Source: the human T2T-CHM13v2.0 reference genome, Homo sapiens
Reading direction: 5' to 3' (one strand)
Assembly (NCBI RefSeq): GCF_009914755.1
Contig: NC_060928.1
DNA length: 64,000 nt
In this document: piece after piece, positions 28,490 through 42,760 of the stretch
Position numbering within the stretch: position 1 is the stretch's first letter
Layout of the letters: each line of letters opens with the position of its first letter
The notes under the pieces: model-generated
Seen by the model: only the letters and a program-made list of their open reading frames with translations
Databases searched by the model: none
What the model was told of the DNA's origin: nothing
Made by a program: the position numbers and the translations under genes

Positions 28490-31297
28490 AAAAAAATCCA
28501 AAGAAGTACACTCAGAAATAACAAAGATGACATTATAACTGATCCCACAGAAACACAAAACGTCCTCAGAGAATACAAAAAACAACTCTGTTCACTCAAA
28601 TTAGAAAATATAGATGAAAGGGATAAATTCCTGGAAACACATAATATTCAAAGATTGAATCAGAAAGAGATTGAAACCTTGAATAAATCAATATTAAGCT
28701 CTGAAATTGAATCAGTAAATGAAAAAAACCTACCAACCAGACAAAAACCCTAGACCAGATGGATTCACATCCAAATTCTACCAGACGTACAAGGAAAAAT
28801 TAGTACCAATCCTACTGATAGGGTTCCAAAAACTGGAGGAAGAGGGCTCCTCTGTAACTCATTCTGTGAAGTCAGCATCAGCTTAATACAAAAATTTGGC
28901 AGAGACACAATGAAAAAAGAAAATTTCAGGCCAATATCTCTGATAAACGTAGATGGAAGAATCAATGAAACGCTAGCAAACCAAATCAAGCAACACATCA
29001 AAAAGTTAATGCACCACAATCAACTAGGCTTTATTCTTGGGATACAAGTCTGGTTCAACATGCATAATTCAATAAATGTGATTACCACATAAACAGAAGT
29101 AAAAACAAAAACCACGTAATCATCTCAGTAGACACGAAAAAAGCTTTTGATAAAATCCAACATACCTTAATGATAAAAACCCTCAAGAGACTAGGCATTG
29201 AAGGAACATACCTCAAAATAATAAGGACCATCTATGACAGACCCACAGCCAACATTATACTGAATAGGCAAAAGCTGGAAGCATTCCCCTTGAGAACCAG
29301 AACAAGACAAAGATGCCCACTCTCACCACTCCTATTTAACATAGTACTGAAATTCTCAGCCAGATCAATCAGGAAAGAGGAAGAAATAAAAGGCACCCAA
29401 ATAGAGAAAGAAGAGGTCAAACTATCTCTCTTTACTGATGATATGATTCTCTCTACCTAGAGAACTCTGAATATTCTGCCAAGAGGTTCCTAGAAATGAG
29501 AAACAATTCTACTCATGTTTCAAGATGTAAACGTCAATGAAAAAAGCCTGTAACACTTCTATACACCAAAAAGGTCCAAGATAGGATTTAAATCAAGAAC
29601 ACAATCCCATTTACAATAGCCATAAAGAAAGCAAAATGCCTATGAATATAGCCAGCTAAGGAGGTGAAAGACGTCTACAAGGAGAACTACAAAACACTGC
29701 TGAAAGAAATCAGAGATGATACAAATAAATGGAAAAACATTTCATGCTCATGGATTGGAAAAATAAATATCATTAAAATCAACATACTGCCCAAAACAAT
29801 TTATACTTTCAGTGCTATTCCTATCAAACTACAAATGTCATTTTTCACAAAATTAAAAAAAAACACAATTCCAATATTCATACAGAACCAAAGAAGAACC
29901 TTAATACCCAAAGCAATCATAAGCACAAAGAGAAAAGCCAAAGGCATCACATTACCTGACTTCAAACAATACTATAAGGCTACAGCAACCAAAACAGCAT
30001 GGTACTGGTACAAAGCAGACACATAGACCAAAGGAACAGAATAGAAAATTCATGAATAAAATTGCACAAATACAACCATTGCAATTCGACAAGGCTAACA
30101 AAAATAAACAATGGGAAAGGTATTTCCCATTCAATAAATGGTACTGGGATAACTGGCTTGCCATCTGCAGAAGAATAAAACTGGACCCTTACATTTCACC
30201 ATGTACAAAAATTAACTCCAGATGGATTAAAGATTTGAATGTAAGACCCCAAACCATGAAAATCTTTGAAGAAATCCTAGAAAATATCCTTATCGACTTT
30301 GGTCTGTGCAAATAATTTTTGGCTAAGTACCCAAAATCAATTGCAAGGAAATAAAAATTAACAAGTGAGACCTAATCAAACTAAGGGGCTTCACAGCAAA
30401 AGAAACTATCAACTGAATAAACAAACAATCCACAGAAAGGAAGAAAGTATTTGCAAACCATGCAGCCAACAAAGGTCTAATATCCAAAATCTATGAGAAA
30501 CTTAATGAAATCAACAAGCAAAAACAACCCCATTAGAAAATGAGCAAAGAACATGAACAGATGGTTCTCAAAAGAAGACATGCAAGTGGCCCCCAAACAT
30601 ATTAAAAAATGCTTATTATCTATAGTCATTGGAAAAATGAAAATCAAAACCACTAAGAGATAGCATCTCACACCAGTCAGAATAGCTATTATTAAAAAGC
30701 CAACAACAACAACAAAAGAACAGGAATGCTTTTACGTTGTTGGTGGGAATGTAAATTAGTTCAACTGCTGTGGAAAGAAGTTTAGAAGTTTATCAAAAAA
30801 CTTTAAACAGAGTTACCATTCAACCCAGCAATCCCATTACTGAGTATATATCTACCAAAATAGATCATTATACCAAAGAGGCTTGCACTTATATATTCAT
30901 CACCATGGTATTCACAATAGCAAAGATGTGGGATCAGCCTAGGTCCCTATCAATGGTGGATTAGATAAAGAAAATGTAGTACATGTTCACCACAGAATAC
31001 TATATAGAAATTAAAAAAGAATAAAATCATTGTCCTTCGCAGCAACATGGATGGAGCTGGAGGTCTTAATCCTAAGCAAATTAATGCAGGAACAGAAAAC
31101 AAAATATGGCATGTTTTCACTTAAAAGTGGAAGCTCAACAGTGGATACCGCAGACTGCTAGATGGAAAAGGGAAGGAGGGAGGCATGGGTTGAAAAACTA
31201 CATAGGGTACTACACTCACTACCTAGGTACAATATTTCCATGTAACAAACCTGAATGTGTACCCCCTGTATCTAAAGAAAAGTTTAAATTTAAAAAG
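28490..31297 (+). mobile_element. 5'-truncated L1 (L1PA16/17-like), degenerate ORF2 RT and C-terminal region plus 3' UTR
   Basis: ORF fragments [32 protein letters not shown] and [13 protein letters not shown] are L1 ORF2p motifs; many stops and frameshifts; 3' end gcatgggttgaaaaacta...gtaccccctgtatctaaa. Confidence 0.95.
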
Positions 31298-31366
31298 ATT
31301 TAAAAATTTATGCTTGTTGATCATTAAATTATTGACATTCGAACATTTAAACTGCAGTCACTTTCT

Positions 31367-31684
31367 TTTTCTTTTTTTCTTCTTTTTTTTTTTTTAGATG
31401 GAGTTTCACTCTGTGGCCCAGGCTGGAGTGCAGTAGCGAGATATCGGCTCACTGCATCCTCCACCTCCTGGGTTTAACTAATTCTCTGCCTTAGCCTCCC
31501 GAGTAGCTGGGATTACAGGCACCCACCACCATGCCCAGCTAATTTTTTTTTTTTTTTTGTATTTTTAGTAGAGACGGGGTTTCACCATCTTGGCCAGGCT
31601 GATCTTGAACTCCTGACCTTGTGATCCACCTGCCTCAGCCTCCCAAAGTGCTGGGATTACAGGCATGAGCCACCGTGCCCGACC
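31367..31684 (-). mobile_element. AluS (Sg-like)
   Basis: Full antisense Alu; TSD actgcagtca(c/t)tttct at 31351-31366 and 31685-31700. Confidence 0.95.
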
Positions 31685-32577
31685 ACTGCAGTCATTTTCT
31701 AAGCCTAAAGAATTATACTCTTGATTCACTTTGCATAGTAATATCTTAATCCGAGGAAAATGTTAAAAATAAATATTAATTTTATAGAATAAATATAGAA
31801 GCAGAATCTTATAGAGTTTCAAATTGTAAACTTAGATTTGCAACAATTTTGGTAATTCATAACATTCTTACCACATAAAGATGGACTTCTTCTTGTGCCA
31901 TCAAATATCACGTTGGACGTCAACTAGTAGGTGGAATCCTGCCTTCCTTTCTTTTTCCTATGAGACAGTTTAGAACATAGCTTGGATGTCCTTCTTTAGT
32001 TAGATGTCTCCTTTGAGGGTCATTGCCCTCTACATTATCTTCTATCATTGGTTCAAAAGTAATGCTTTATTATAAGTTGCAAAATCCCTGTTTTTCTTCT
32101 TAAGACATATTATGGACAATTATTGATTGACCCATTCTTAAAAAAATGTGGAATTCAATTCCTATTATAATAGTAATATGCATGTTGATGAAATTTTCTT
32201 TCTCAGTAATAGAAACCTCTTGTCACACACACTAAACTTGATGAATTGGATTAGGTGAGGCATCTCCTCTTCTCTGTGTTTATACATCTTCTCATTAAGT
32301 GCCCAGGAAACAATGGTATGATTGTTATCTCTCTCAGAATCTCACATTTGTGCTAATGATTCCCTTGGACTCTGTAGAATTTATACTACAGGAGAAAGAA
32401 CACTGGACTGCCAATCAAAATACTTAGATTGCTCTCTTGTCTTTGACTCCTCTGGTCAGAGACAAGAGGCGGTTAATATTTCCCCACTAAATCTGGTTAA
32501 TGTTTCTCAATTAAATAAAGAAATACCTAAATAATTTGTGCCTAAAAGTCTGTGTCCATGAAATCTTAATGTGTGAT

Positions 32578-32625
32578 TAATCTTATTAGGTCATAATCTT
32601 ATTAAGTCTTAATCTTATTAAGTTA
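32578..32625. repeat. 16-bp unit tandem repeat x3 (TAATCTTATTARGTYW)
   Basis: taatcttattaggtca / taatcttattaagtct / taatcttattaagtta. Confidence 0.85.
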
Positions 32626-33564
32626 TATATATGATGTCATTTATCTCAGAAAGGCAAGGCAAGGCATTTCTGAGATGGATGACATGTATCTATGACTTAA
32701 TAGGAGTGACTCACTTTTCCAAAACATTCCAAGTCATCTTGAGGAATAATGGAAAAGAAGCCCATTACACTTGTACAGATTTCCTGTTAACTGCTAAACT
32801 GACAAAGAAAGATTTGACCTGACCATAAAGATTCCGGGGGCAAAGTAATACTCAGCTTCAAAGATGGCAAATATTTTGGTAAGCTTAACAGCTGAAAAAT
32901 CATTTGACTCAGAAGACGCTATTGTACTTATTTCCATTGCTTTAATCTCTCCTTAATTTCTCTCTTAATCTCATAGTTGTATTTTTTAATCCAAAAATAT
33001 AAACTCCTGAAAAATATTACTGATTGAATAGTTGGTAAATTCCCATTTATTGCAGGGATAAAGTAAAATATGTGCTATTTTTAGTTTCCTTGGCTTGCCT
33101 TTATTGAAAAGGTTTGAAGATACTAAACTTTGAGTCATGATTGTGTGTAAATTAGACTCATCATTGTGGGAGTGCTAGAGAAATGCATCCAGCCAGCATG
33201 ACTTATCTGGATGCTGTTTTTATCAATCTGGAGAGAAGTAATAAAGCTCAGAACAAAGGCATAGGCAATGAATGGGCAAGAAATATATGGATGTTTGAAC
33301 ATCTAAGACAGCAGAATGATCAAATTAGGAAATTAGTAGTTATGTGAAGAAAGAAAGAAAACATTTAGAATGATTTGCAGATTTCAGGCTTGGAATACTG
33401 GTTGAATGAGAATGGCTATATCTGGGATATAATAGAAAAATATTTAGGAAGGGAGAGAATTATGTATTAGTGGACAGATTTACTAGTGTCTAAGTGATAT
33501 TATTGTATGATATGCATTAATATGGTTACATATATAACTATATATACACCGTGGGTAGCCAGAA

Positions 33565-33770
33565 TTGCATTGTGATTAAGAGTACTGACTCTGGGACAAA
33601 TCTACCTGGGCTGCATCCCAGTGATACATCTGACTAATTTGAAGAGAACCTTGGACAAATTTCTTGCCCTCCTGTTTCATTTTCCTCAAAAATAAAAGGA
33701 TACAAAGATGTTATATATGCCACAATATTCTGGAGAGAGTTCAATGAATAATATTTGTTAAAACATTAAA
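33565..33770 (+). mobile_element. MIR
   Basis: gtgattaagagtactgactctgg...acctggg...accttggacaaatttcttg...gtttcattttcctca. Confidence 0.7.
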
Positions 33771-34695
33771 TGTATGCACAGAAATTGGCAAAATCTATAC
33801 ACATTTATTGAATAAACTAAAATTTGGTTATAATTAATTTCAGTTCCTTTATATATTTGTGTATAATGCTTACAATTGAAAACTATATAACAGTTGTAAA
33901 TTCCATTCTAAGTGATTTGTTCACAAAGTACATTTACATAGGGATAAGATTACTAAATCAAAGAATAGGCAGGTGAGTACACTGAAATGCAAATTATTAA
34001 CAATGTGAGACGAGATAGTGCTATGAACTCAACAGAGTAAGTTTACCACAATTCTTTTGCAATAAAAGTGGTAAGAAGTTACTGAGGTTTGGGGGTGTCA
34101 TTCAAGAAAATTTTAAAAAATCTCTTTGAAGTGATTTAATATTGAGCTGAAGAATATCAATTAACTTTTATCTTTTCTTTATGAGTCTGCACCATTTGTC
34201 ACAGGTAAATGGCTCCATAACAAGTTTCGTCCTTAATGTCAGTAAAAGAAAATAACAACCACCTAGTTCCTATTTCCAGTGATTCACAGGAAATGAATAT
34301 AATTTGTAACAGGAATAACGGATTTGACATAGAAAGGAACTTAATGAATGTAAAATCCACCTGATGAATATAAAAAAACTTCAGAAATATTGTCGAGTAC
34401 TCTTTCTTAAGCATTTTTTAAAATAGAACAGTCAGCTCATAGTAAATTGGGAGAAAAAGTCAGTGATGGTTCTTTGATACCAGTTCTTTAATAAAGAAGA
34501 TATGATAGTAACATTAATAAAATGAAACATAACAATGCACTACTAATAAAATAATAGCAAACAAGGGTTAAACAATACAGAATAAAGACATAGCATCACA
34601 GCAGATTATCACATGATCCATTTAACATTTGCAAAAATATTTATGTAAAATGCTTTTAAATAGTGTGCTTAAAAAAGTCTTTACACTGTTTACAT

Positions 34696-35725
34696 CCAAA
34701 ATTGACAAATGGGATCTAATTAAACTAAAGAGCTTCTGCACAGCAAAATAAACTATCATCAGAGTGAACAGACAACCTGTAGAATGGGAGAAAATTTGTG
34801 CAATCTATCATCTGACAAAGGGCTAATATCCAGAATCTAAAAAGAACTTAAACAAATTTACAAGAAAAAAACAACCCCATCAAAAAGTGGACAAAGGATA
34901 TGAACAGATAGTTCTCAAAAGCAGACATTTATGTGTCCAAGAAACATATGAAAAGCAAGTCATCATCACTGTTCATTAGAGAAACACAAATCAAAATCAC
35001 AATGAGATACCATCTTACGCCAGTTAGAATGGCAATCATTAAAAAGTCAGGAAACAACAGACGCTGGAGAGGATGTGGAGAAGTAAGAACACTTACACTG
35101 TTGGTGGGAATGTAAATTAGTTCAACCATTGTGGAAGACAGTGTGGTGAAATCGTATTTCTAGAACCAGAAATACCATTTGACCCAGCAATCTCATTACT
35201 GGGTATATACCCAAAAGATTATAAATCATTCTACTATAAAGACACATGCACACGTATGTTTATTGCAGCACTGTTCACAATAGCAAAGACTTGGAACCAA
35301 CCCATATGCCCATCAGTGATAGACTGGATAAAGAAAATGTGGCACATATAAACCATGGAATATTATGCAGCCATAAAAAAGGATGAACTCATGTCCTTTG
35401 CAAGAACATGGATGAAGCTGGAAACCATCATTCTCAGCAAACTATCACAAGAACAGAAAACCAAACACTGCATGTTCTCACTCATAAGTGGGAGTTGAAC
35501 AATGAGTACACATGGACACAGGAAGGGGAACATCACACACACTGGGGCCTGTTAGGGGATGGGGGACTAAGGGAGGGATAGCATTAGGAGAAATATCTAA
35601 TGTAGATGATGGGTTGATAGGTGCAGCAAACCACCACGGCACGTGTATACCTATGTAACAAAACTGCACATTCTGTACATGTATCTCAGAACTTAAAGTA
35701 TATAATAATAAAAAAAAATTAAAAC
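34696..35725 (+). mobile_element. 5'-truncated L1PA (L1PA7/8-like), ~1 kb
   Basis: ORF2 C-terminus ([20 protein letters not shown]) and 3' UTR ending agaacttaaagtatataataataaaa. Confidence 0.95.
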
Positions 35726-38248
35726 AAAAGTTTTTAAGACAGAAAAGATCGCATGACATTTAATTTTACAAGGGCCATAACTGCCGCCATAGAGAAAACC
35801 ATGATGGACCTATCAGAATCATTGCTTTTTGAATGGTTTCTCTATTATTGGTCTATGAAAATTAATTTCCTGAGTGTTTCCACTTAACACAGGCTGTTGC
35901 CATTTTATGCACAGAACTTTTTGCAAATATCCCAGCTTCCCCACAGTCAAAGTGCTGTGAGCTATGTAACTTTCCACATGTTTCCTAATTCTCTTCCTAC
36001 AACTAAGTTAATGTTTCCATACGATGCTAAGAGCACAGACTATTTGCACCTTGCAAAAACAGCAGTGAATCTTAAGTATAATCATTGGCTCTAAATAGAA
36101 GTGAATTCTCACTGAAGTTGCATGTAGTTCTCTTGTGTATAATGGGAACACGTCCATATATAGAAATTGTGAAACCTGAAGCCACATTCATGGCGAAGAA
36201 AAACCAGCTCCCTTCTGTCTGTTTCCAAACATTTCCCTGGCATGGGGGATATAAATATAGATTATTTTAAAAGAGCAGCCAAACTAATTCATGCTGCAAA
36301 TTGTCATTTTAAAATATAAGATGTACATTTTCCATATGACCATGAAATACAGGACACAGTGCCAGATAGATACTGTGATTTTTATAATGACAAAATTCCC
36401 ATCAATATTTTGTACACATTTTTGAGTGAATAGTGAAAAACTAAAGCAACCATACAGTGACTAAATGTCAAAATGTTTTGCCATACCAATATGTTTAAAA
36501 CATCACTTTTTCTCCAGAAGTTGTCTATCACCATATGTTTAATCTTTGATATATTTTATAACAATTTTATGTGGCAAATTTATGTGGCAAATAAGAAACC
36601 ATAAAATTTGCATAAAGTTTTCTTTTTCTATAAAGCAAGTCTAATTTTACTTTACTCTCTTCATTGTTAGTGTGAGTAACCAAAATTGAAATCTCTGAGT
36701 TGCCAAAAAATAATATTTATAATCAACTTAGGGAAATGTATTTCATTGGAAATAATATAGCATTGTGCCATTTTACCATTATTCTTGCTTGTCTTAATTC
36801 TTGTTATTATGACTAATGTAGTCTCTTTATTAGCTATTATTAAAATAATAGGTCTCATCTTGGATAGTACTTTTACTGTTTTCTATTGAAAGTGTTTATT
36901 AAATCAATCATTACTTTTCCCCCACATTAAAATTTCTAGTATTCTATCAGCTTTTTCCCATGGATTTTACTACTTTTTTTGAACTCATCTTGGCAGACTT
37001 TCAATTTGCAAGCATCAGAAAATGTACACCCTTTTCTAATAGGAGAGATCATATTGGGTACTACATATCAGCGCGTTGTCATGATTTTGTAGACTTTAAA
37101 AAATATTGACTAAAATATTACCTTTATTATTCATATAATAATTAAAACTATTTCAAAAATCTACACAGGCAATTTGAAACACAAACTTTTCAACACAAAC
37201 AGTATAGTAAGATATAAATAGAAACAAAAAATGTTTCTAAAGGGGGAATGAAAGTGTAGTGATATATCCATTTCCTCTTGTTAGTCTGTTTTTACAGTCA
37301 GTGTTAAGTTGTCATCAGTTTAAAATAATGGGTTAAAAGATGTCATTTGCAAACTTCATAGTAACCTCAAATCAAAACACGCATAACAGATACACAAAAA
37401 ATAAAAAGCTTTAAATTAAAACTTAACACTACAAAAAATCATGTTCACTGAAAGGAAGACAGGAACAAAGGAAGAAAAGACCACAAAACAATGAGAAGAC
37501 AAATAACAAAATGACAGGAGTAAGTCCTTATTTATCAGTAATAACATTGAATGTAAATGGACTCAACTCTCTATTAAAAATATATAGAGTTGCTGAATGG
37601 ATTAAAAAACAAGACTCAATGTATCTGAGGCCTAGAAAAAAACAGGTTGCACCTATAAAGATATATAGAGACTGAATATAAAGGGATGGAAAAAGATATT
37701 CCATGCCAATGGAAACCAAAAAAGAGCAGGAACAGCTATACTTATATCAGACAAAATAGATTTCAAAACAAAAACCATAAGAAGAGACAAAGAAGGTCAT
37801 TATATAATGATAAAGGATTTGATTCAGGAAGAGGACATAATAATTGTAAATCTATATGCCTCCAACACTGGATCACCCAGATACATAAAGTAAATATTAA
37901 AGCACAAGAGCGAGAAAGATTCCAACACAAAAGTAGGTAGATACTTCAACACCCCACTTTCAGTATTGGACAGACTATCCAGACAGAAAATCAACAAAGA
38001 AACATCAGACTTAACCTGTACTATAAACCAAACAGACTTAATAAATAAATAAACAAAGTACACTGGAATGACCAGTGGGTCAATAAAGATATTACAAAGA
38101 AAATTAAAAATTTTTACTGAAACAAATGAAAATTACAACACAACATATCAAAACCTATAAGATACAACAAAGGCAGTACTTAAGAGCAAAGTTTATAACA
38201 ATAAGCACCTAAATCAGAAAAGTAGAAAAACTTAAAATAACCTAATGA

Positions 38249-38545
<297 letters not shown>

Positions 38546-38769
38546 TATAATGATATATCTCAAAGAACCAGAAATGCAAGAGCTAACCCAACCCAAAATT
38601 AATAAAGATAAAACCATAAATAAATGAAATTGAAACAAAAAAATACAAAAACATCAATACAATGAAAATTTTTTAAACAAAAAAAAATGGAAACATCTTT
38701 AGCCAGACTAACCAAGAAAAAAAGAAAGAAGACTCAAATAAATAAAATTGGAGATTAAAAAGGAGACAT

Positions 38770-39495
38770 GGAAATGAGACCAATAAGTTCAACTAGCCAC
38801 AAAAGTTGAAAGCAATATAGGGATCCTTAAGGAATTATCAGACACTGAGATTTTGTAGGTAAATTTTTCTAGCTTATATTCACTAATGGGAAAACGTATT
38901 CTAATAAACTAGCACTGACTCATTACATGAATAGATCTAAGCCATCAAGTGACAGACAGAAAATTATGTGCTGTTGTGAAAGACAAGGAAGGGCAGGAGA
39001 AGATAGTGAGAAGTCAGTGAGGCTCCAAGCAAAATTATGCTGCATTTGATATATTTCTCCACATGTAAATACACAACAGGTGTAGCTGAAACTTGCTTGC
39101 TAGTCATGTAAAACATTGCACTATGAAACTTTACTTACAATTAGAGACCAAGTTTGAAATTCATTTCAGAGAATGAATAGAAGTTAGATAGGAAAGTATA
39201 GTTAAGATAGAATATTATAGGACATAATTTCAAACTGTGTTACACAAAGGAAAATTTAAAAAGTCACACTTGAATGTGATACAATATCCCTTTCTATCTT
39301 TCATCAAAGCAACTCTGTTTTTATATAATGGCTTGCATTTTGTGTAAGATTGTATTCTGACCCAGAGGATAACTGTATCCTTTTTTAAGAATTATATTGT
39401 ATTATATTAAAAATATATAGATTCAAAATTTGACGAAATTCATTGTCTGTGATTACTTTCAAATTGCTTTAATAAAACACATTTTGAATCACATT
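38770..39495 (+). pseudogene. Putative retrocopy of an mRNA 3' end or orphan 3' transduction inserted in L1MA
   Basis: Non-L1 sequence flanked by ttaaaaaggag(a/c)cat at 38755-38769 and 39496-39510; AATAAA at 39471-39476; parent not recognised. Confidence 0.6.
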
Positions 39496-39915
39496 TTAAA
39501 AAGGAGCCATTACAACTGATAACTGCAGAAACTCAAAGGATCATTAGACTACTATGAGCAATTATATGACAATCAACTGTAATACCTAGAATAAACAAAT
39601 AAATTCCTAGATACCAAAACCTTCCAACATTTAACCATGAAGAAATCTAAAACCTGAATAAACCAATAACAAATAATGCGATTAAAACCATAATAAAAAG
39701 CCTCCCAACGAAGAAAAGCCTGGGATTCAATACATTCATTGCTGAATTTTACTAAACATTTAAAGAAGAATTAATACCAATCCTACTCAAACTATTCTAA
39801 AAAACAGAGGAGGATAGAGTGCTACCAAATTCAGTCTATGAAGCAAACATTACCCTGATACCAAAACCAGACAAAGACATATCAAAAAAAAAAAAAAAAA
39901 AGAAAAAGAAAAGAC

Positions 39916-40194
39916 CAACACTTTGGAAGGCTAAGGCACAAGAATAACTGAGTCCAGGAGTTTGAGACCAGCTTGGGAAACATGATAAAACTCCATCTCT
40001 ACAAACGTTTTTCTTTTTAATCAGCTGAGCAGGATGGGGTGCACTTGCAGTCACAGCTATACAGGAGGCTGAGGCTGGAGAATCGCTTGAGGCCAGGAGG
40101 TCTAGGCTGCAGTGAGCCATGTTTGTGCCACTGCACTGTAGCCTGAGCAGCAGATCAAGAGTCTGTCTCATATAAGTAAATAAATGAATAAATA
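39916..40194 (+). mobile_element. AluJ, 5'-truncated, nested in L1MA
   Basis: acactttggaaggctaaggc ... gtctgtctca plus (TAAA)n tail. Confidence 0.9.
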
Positions 40195-40268
40195 AAACTA
40201 CTGGCCAATATCCCTGATGAACATTGATGCAAAAATCCTCAGCAAAACACTAGCAAACTAAATTCAAT

Positions 40269-40577
<309 letters not shown>

Positions 40578-41121
40578 TCAACAACACATTAAAAGATCAT
40601 GACAAGTGAGACTTATCCCAATGTCCCAGCAATAAACATAAATGATGAATAAAAAATAAAAATAAAAAATGGACAAAAGATATGAACAGACATTTATCTT
40701 AAAAAATACACAAATGGCAAATAGTTATATAAAAAGATGCTCAACACAACTGATCATCAAAGAAATGCAAATTAAAACTACAATGAGATATCATCTCACC
40801 CCAGTTAAAATGGCTGTTATCCGAAAGACAGGCAATAACAAATTCTGGTGAGGATGTGAAGAAAAGGTAAACTTGTTGGTGAAAATGTAAATGAGTAAAA
40901 TCACTATGGAGAACAGTATGATGTTTCCTCAAAAACCTAAAAGTAGAACTACCATATGATCCAGCAACCCCACTGCTGATATACCCAAAAGAAAGGAAAT
41001 CAGAATATGAAAGAGATATCTCAACTCCTATATTTGTTGCAGCACTGTACAATAGCTAAGATTTGGAAGCAACCTAAGTGTTCATCAACAGATTAATGGA
41101 TAAAGAAAATGTGGTGTGTGG

Positions 41122-41469
41122 ATATATATATTGAAAATATATATATATTGAAATATATATATATTGAAATATATATATATTGAAAATATATATATATAGA
41201 AAATATATATATATTGAAAATATATATATATATTGAAAATATATATATATTGAAAATATATATATATTGAAAATATATATATATTGAAAATATATATATA
41301 TTGAAAATATATATATATTGAAAATATATATATATTGAAAATATATATATATTGAAAATATATATATATTGAAAATATATATATATTGAAAATATATATA
41401 TATTGAAAATATATATATATTGAAAATATATATATATTGAAAAAAAAAATATATATATATATATATATT
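41122..41469. repeat. AT-rich minisatellite, 17-bp unit TTGAAAATATATATATA, about 19 copies
   Basis: Exact 17-bp periodicity from about 41233 to 41440; variant units at both edges. Confidence 0.96.
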
Positions 41470-42229
41470 CAATGAAGAACTATTCAGCCACAAAAAAGAA
41501 TGAAGTCCTGTCATTTGCAACAACATGGATGAAACTGGAGAACATTATATTTAGAAAAGTAAGTCAGGAGCAGAGACACAGATTTTACATTTTCTCTCTT
41601 ATTTGCAGGGGCTAAAATGTAAACCTCTCGACCTCATGGAGATAGAGAATTGAATGATAGTTAACATGGACTGGCTAGGATAGTGGGGCTGTAGGGGAGT
41701 GGGGATGGTTAATGGGTACAAAAATAGAGTTCAATAAATAAGATCTAGTATTTGATAGTACAATGGGGTAATTACAGTCAATGATAATTTATTGTACATT
41801 TAAAAATAACTAAAAGAGTATAAGTGGAATGTCTGTAACACAAAGAAATAATAAATGATTGAGGTGATGGATTGTTGATTTATCCTGATGTGATCATTCC
41901 ACATCGAATGCCTGAATTCAAAATATCTCATTTACTCTGTAATATATATACCTACTATGTACCAATAAAAATTAAAAGCCTGTGGGATTAAGTTTAGGGA
42001 CAAATGAAAAATAAAGGACATTTCTGTTTTGGGAGATGACTTCTACTTGGCTTTACAAAAAAATGCGTAGGAGAATATCATGGTGAAAATGGAACTCCAG
42101 AGGTTACTATTTTCACACTTAAAAACCATCTCCTTATTCCTTGTATTTCTAAAACTCCTACTGCAGTGTATAAATTTGTCATTTAAAGCAAGGTTTTGGA
42201 AAATATAAGGAAGCTATAAAAGAAACTAA

Positions 42230-42470
42230 CACACTTTGAGTATCTTTAATGTGCCAGATGATAATGATTCATATTTTAGCTAACGGAGTTCTTACACTCT
42301 GCTATGTACTTTTCATAAGTTACTTAATTCTCATGAATACATTTTTTAAATCAGGTAAATTTATCAACCTCATTTTACAAATGAGAAAACTGATAACAAC
42401 TGGTAGGGCTAGGATTTATATTGAGATGATTCAGCTCCTGAGTCTGTGCTATTATTTACTCCATGATAGT
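42230..42470 (-). mobile_element. MIR fragments
   Basis: ttaattctcatgaa...cctcattttacaaatgagaaaactga core. Confidence 0.65.
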
Positions 42471-42544
42471 GTCTAGGAGGCTCAGTTCTGTGCTATTACA
42501 CAACCATGTCATATTACATAGGTTATTGGCTCAGTTTAGCGATC

Positions 42545-42760
42545 ACTGTGGTTAAAATATGGATTAGAATAATAAAATCAGTATTTGAGATTTGACCCTC
42601 TAATCACGTTTTTAAAAATTTTTTTTTGTCCTCAATTTCCTTATCTGTGAAATGGCAAAATAATACCTGTTTTCCATTGCTTTCAAGAAAATTGTAAGAA
42701 TACAACAAGGAAATTTATGTAAAAAGACATTGTTAACTATAAAAATTATAATTTAATTCT
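42545..42760 (+). mobile_element. MIR
   Basis: gtggttaaaatatgga...cctcaatttccttatctgtgaaatgg core. Confidence 0.65.

Noticed and set aside
41122-41469. Regular repeat array resembling CRISPR
   Set aside because: No unique spacers, low complexity, no cas genes, eukaryotic context.
41074-41526. 150-aa ORF with a repetitive IYIYFQY pattern
   Set aside because: Translation of the AT-rich minisatellite.
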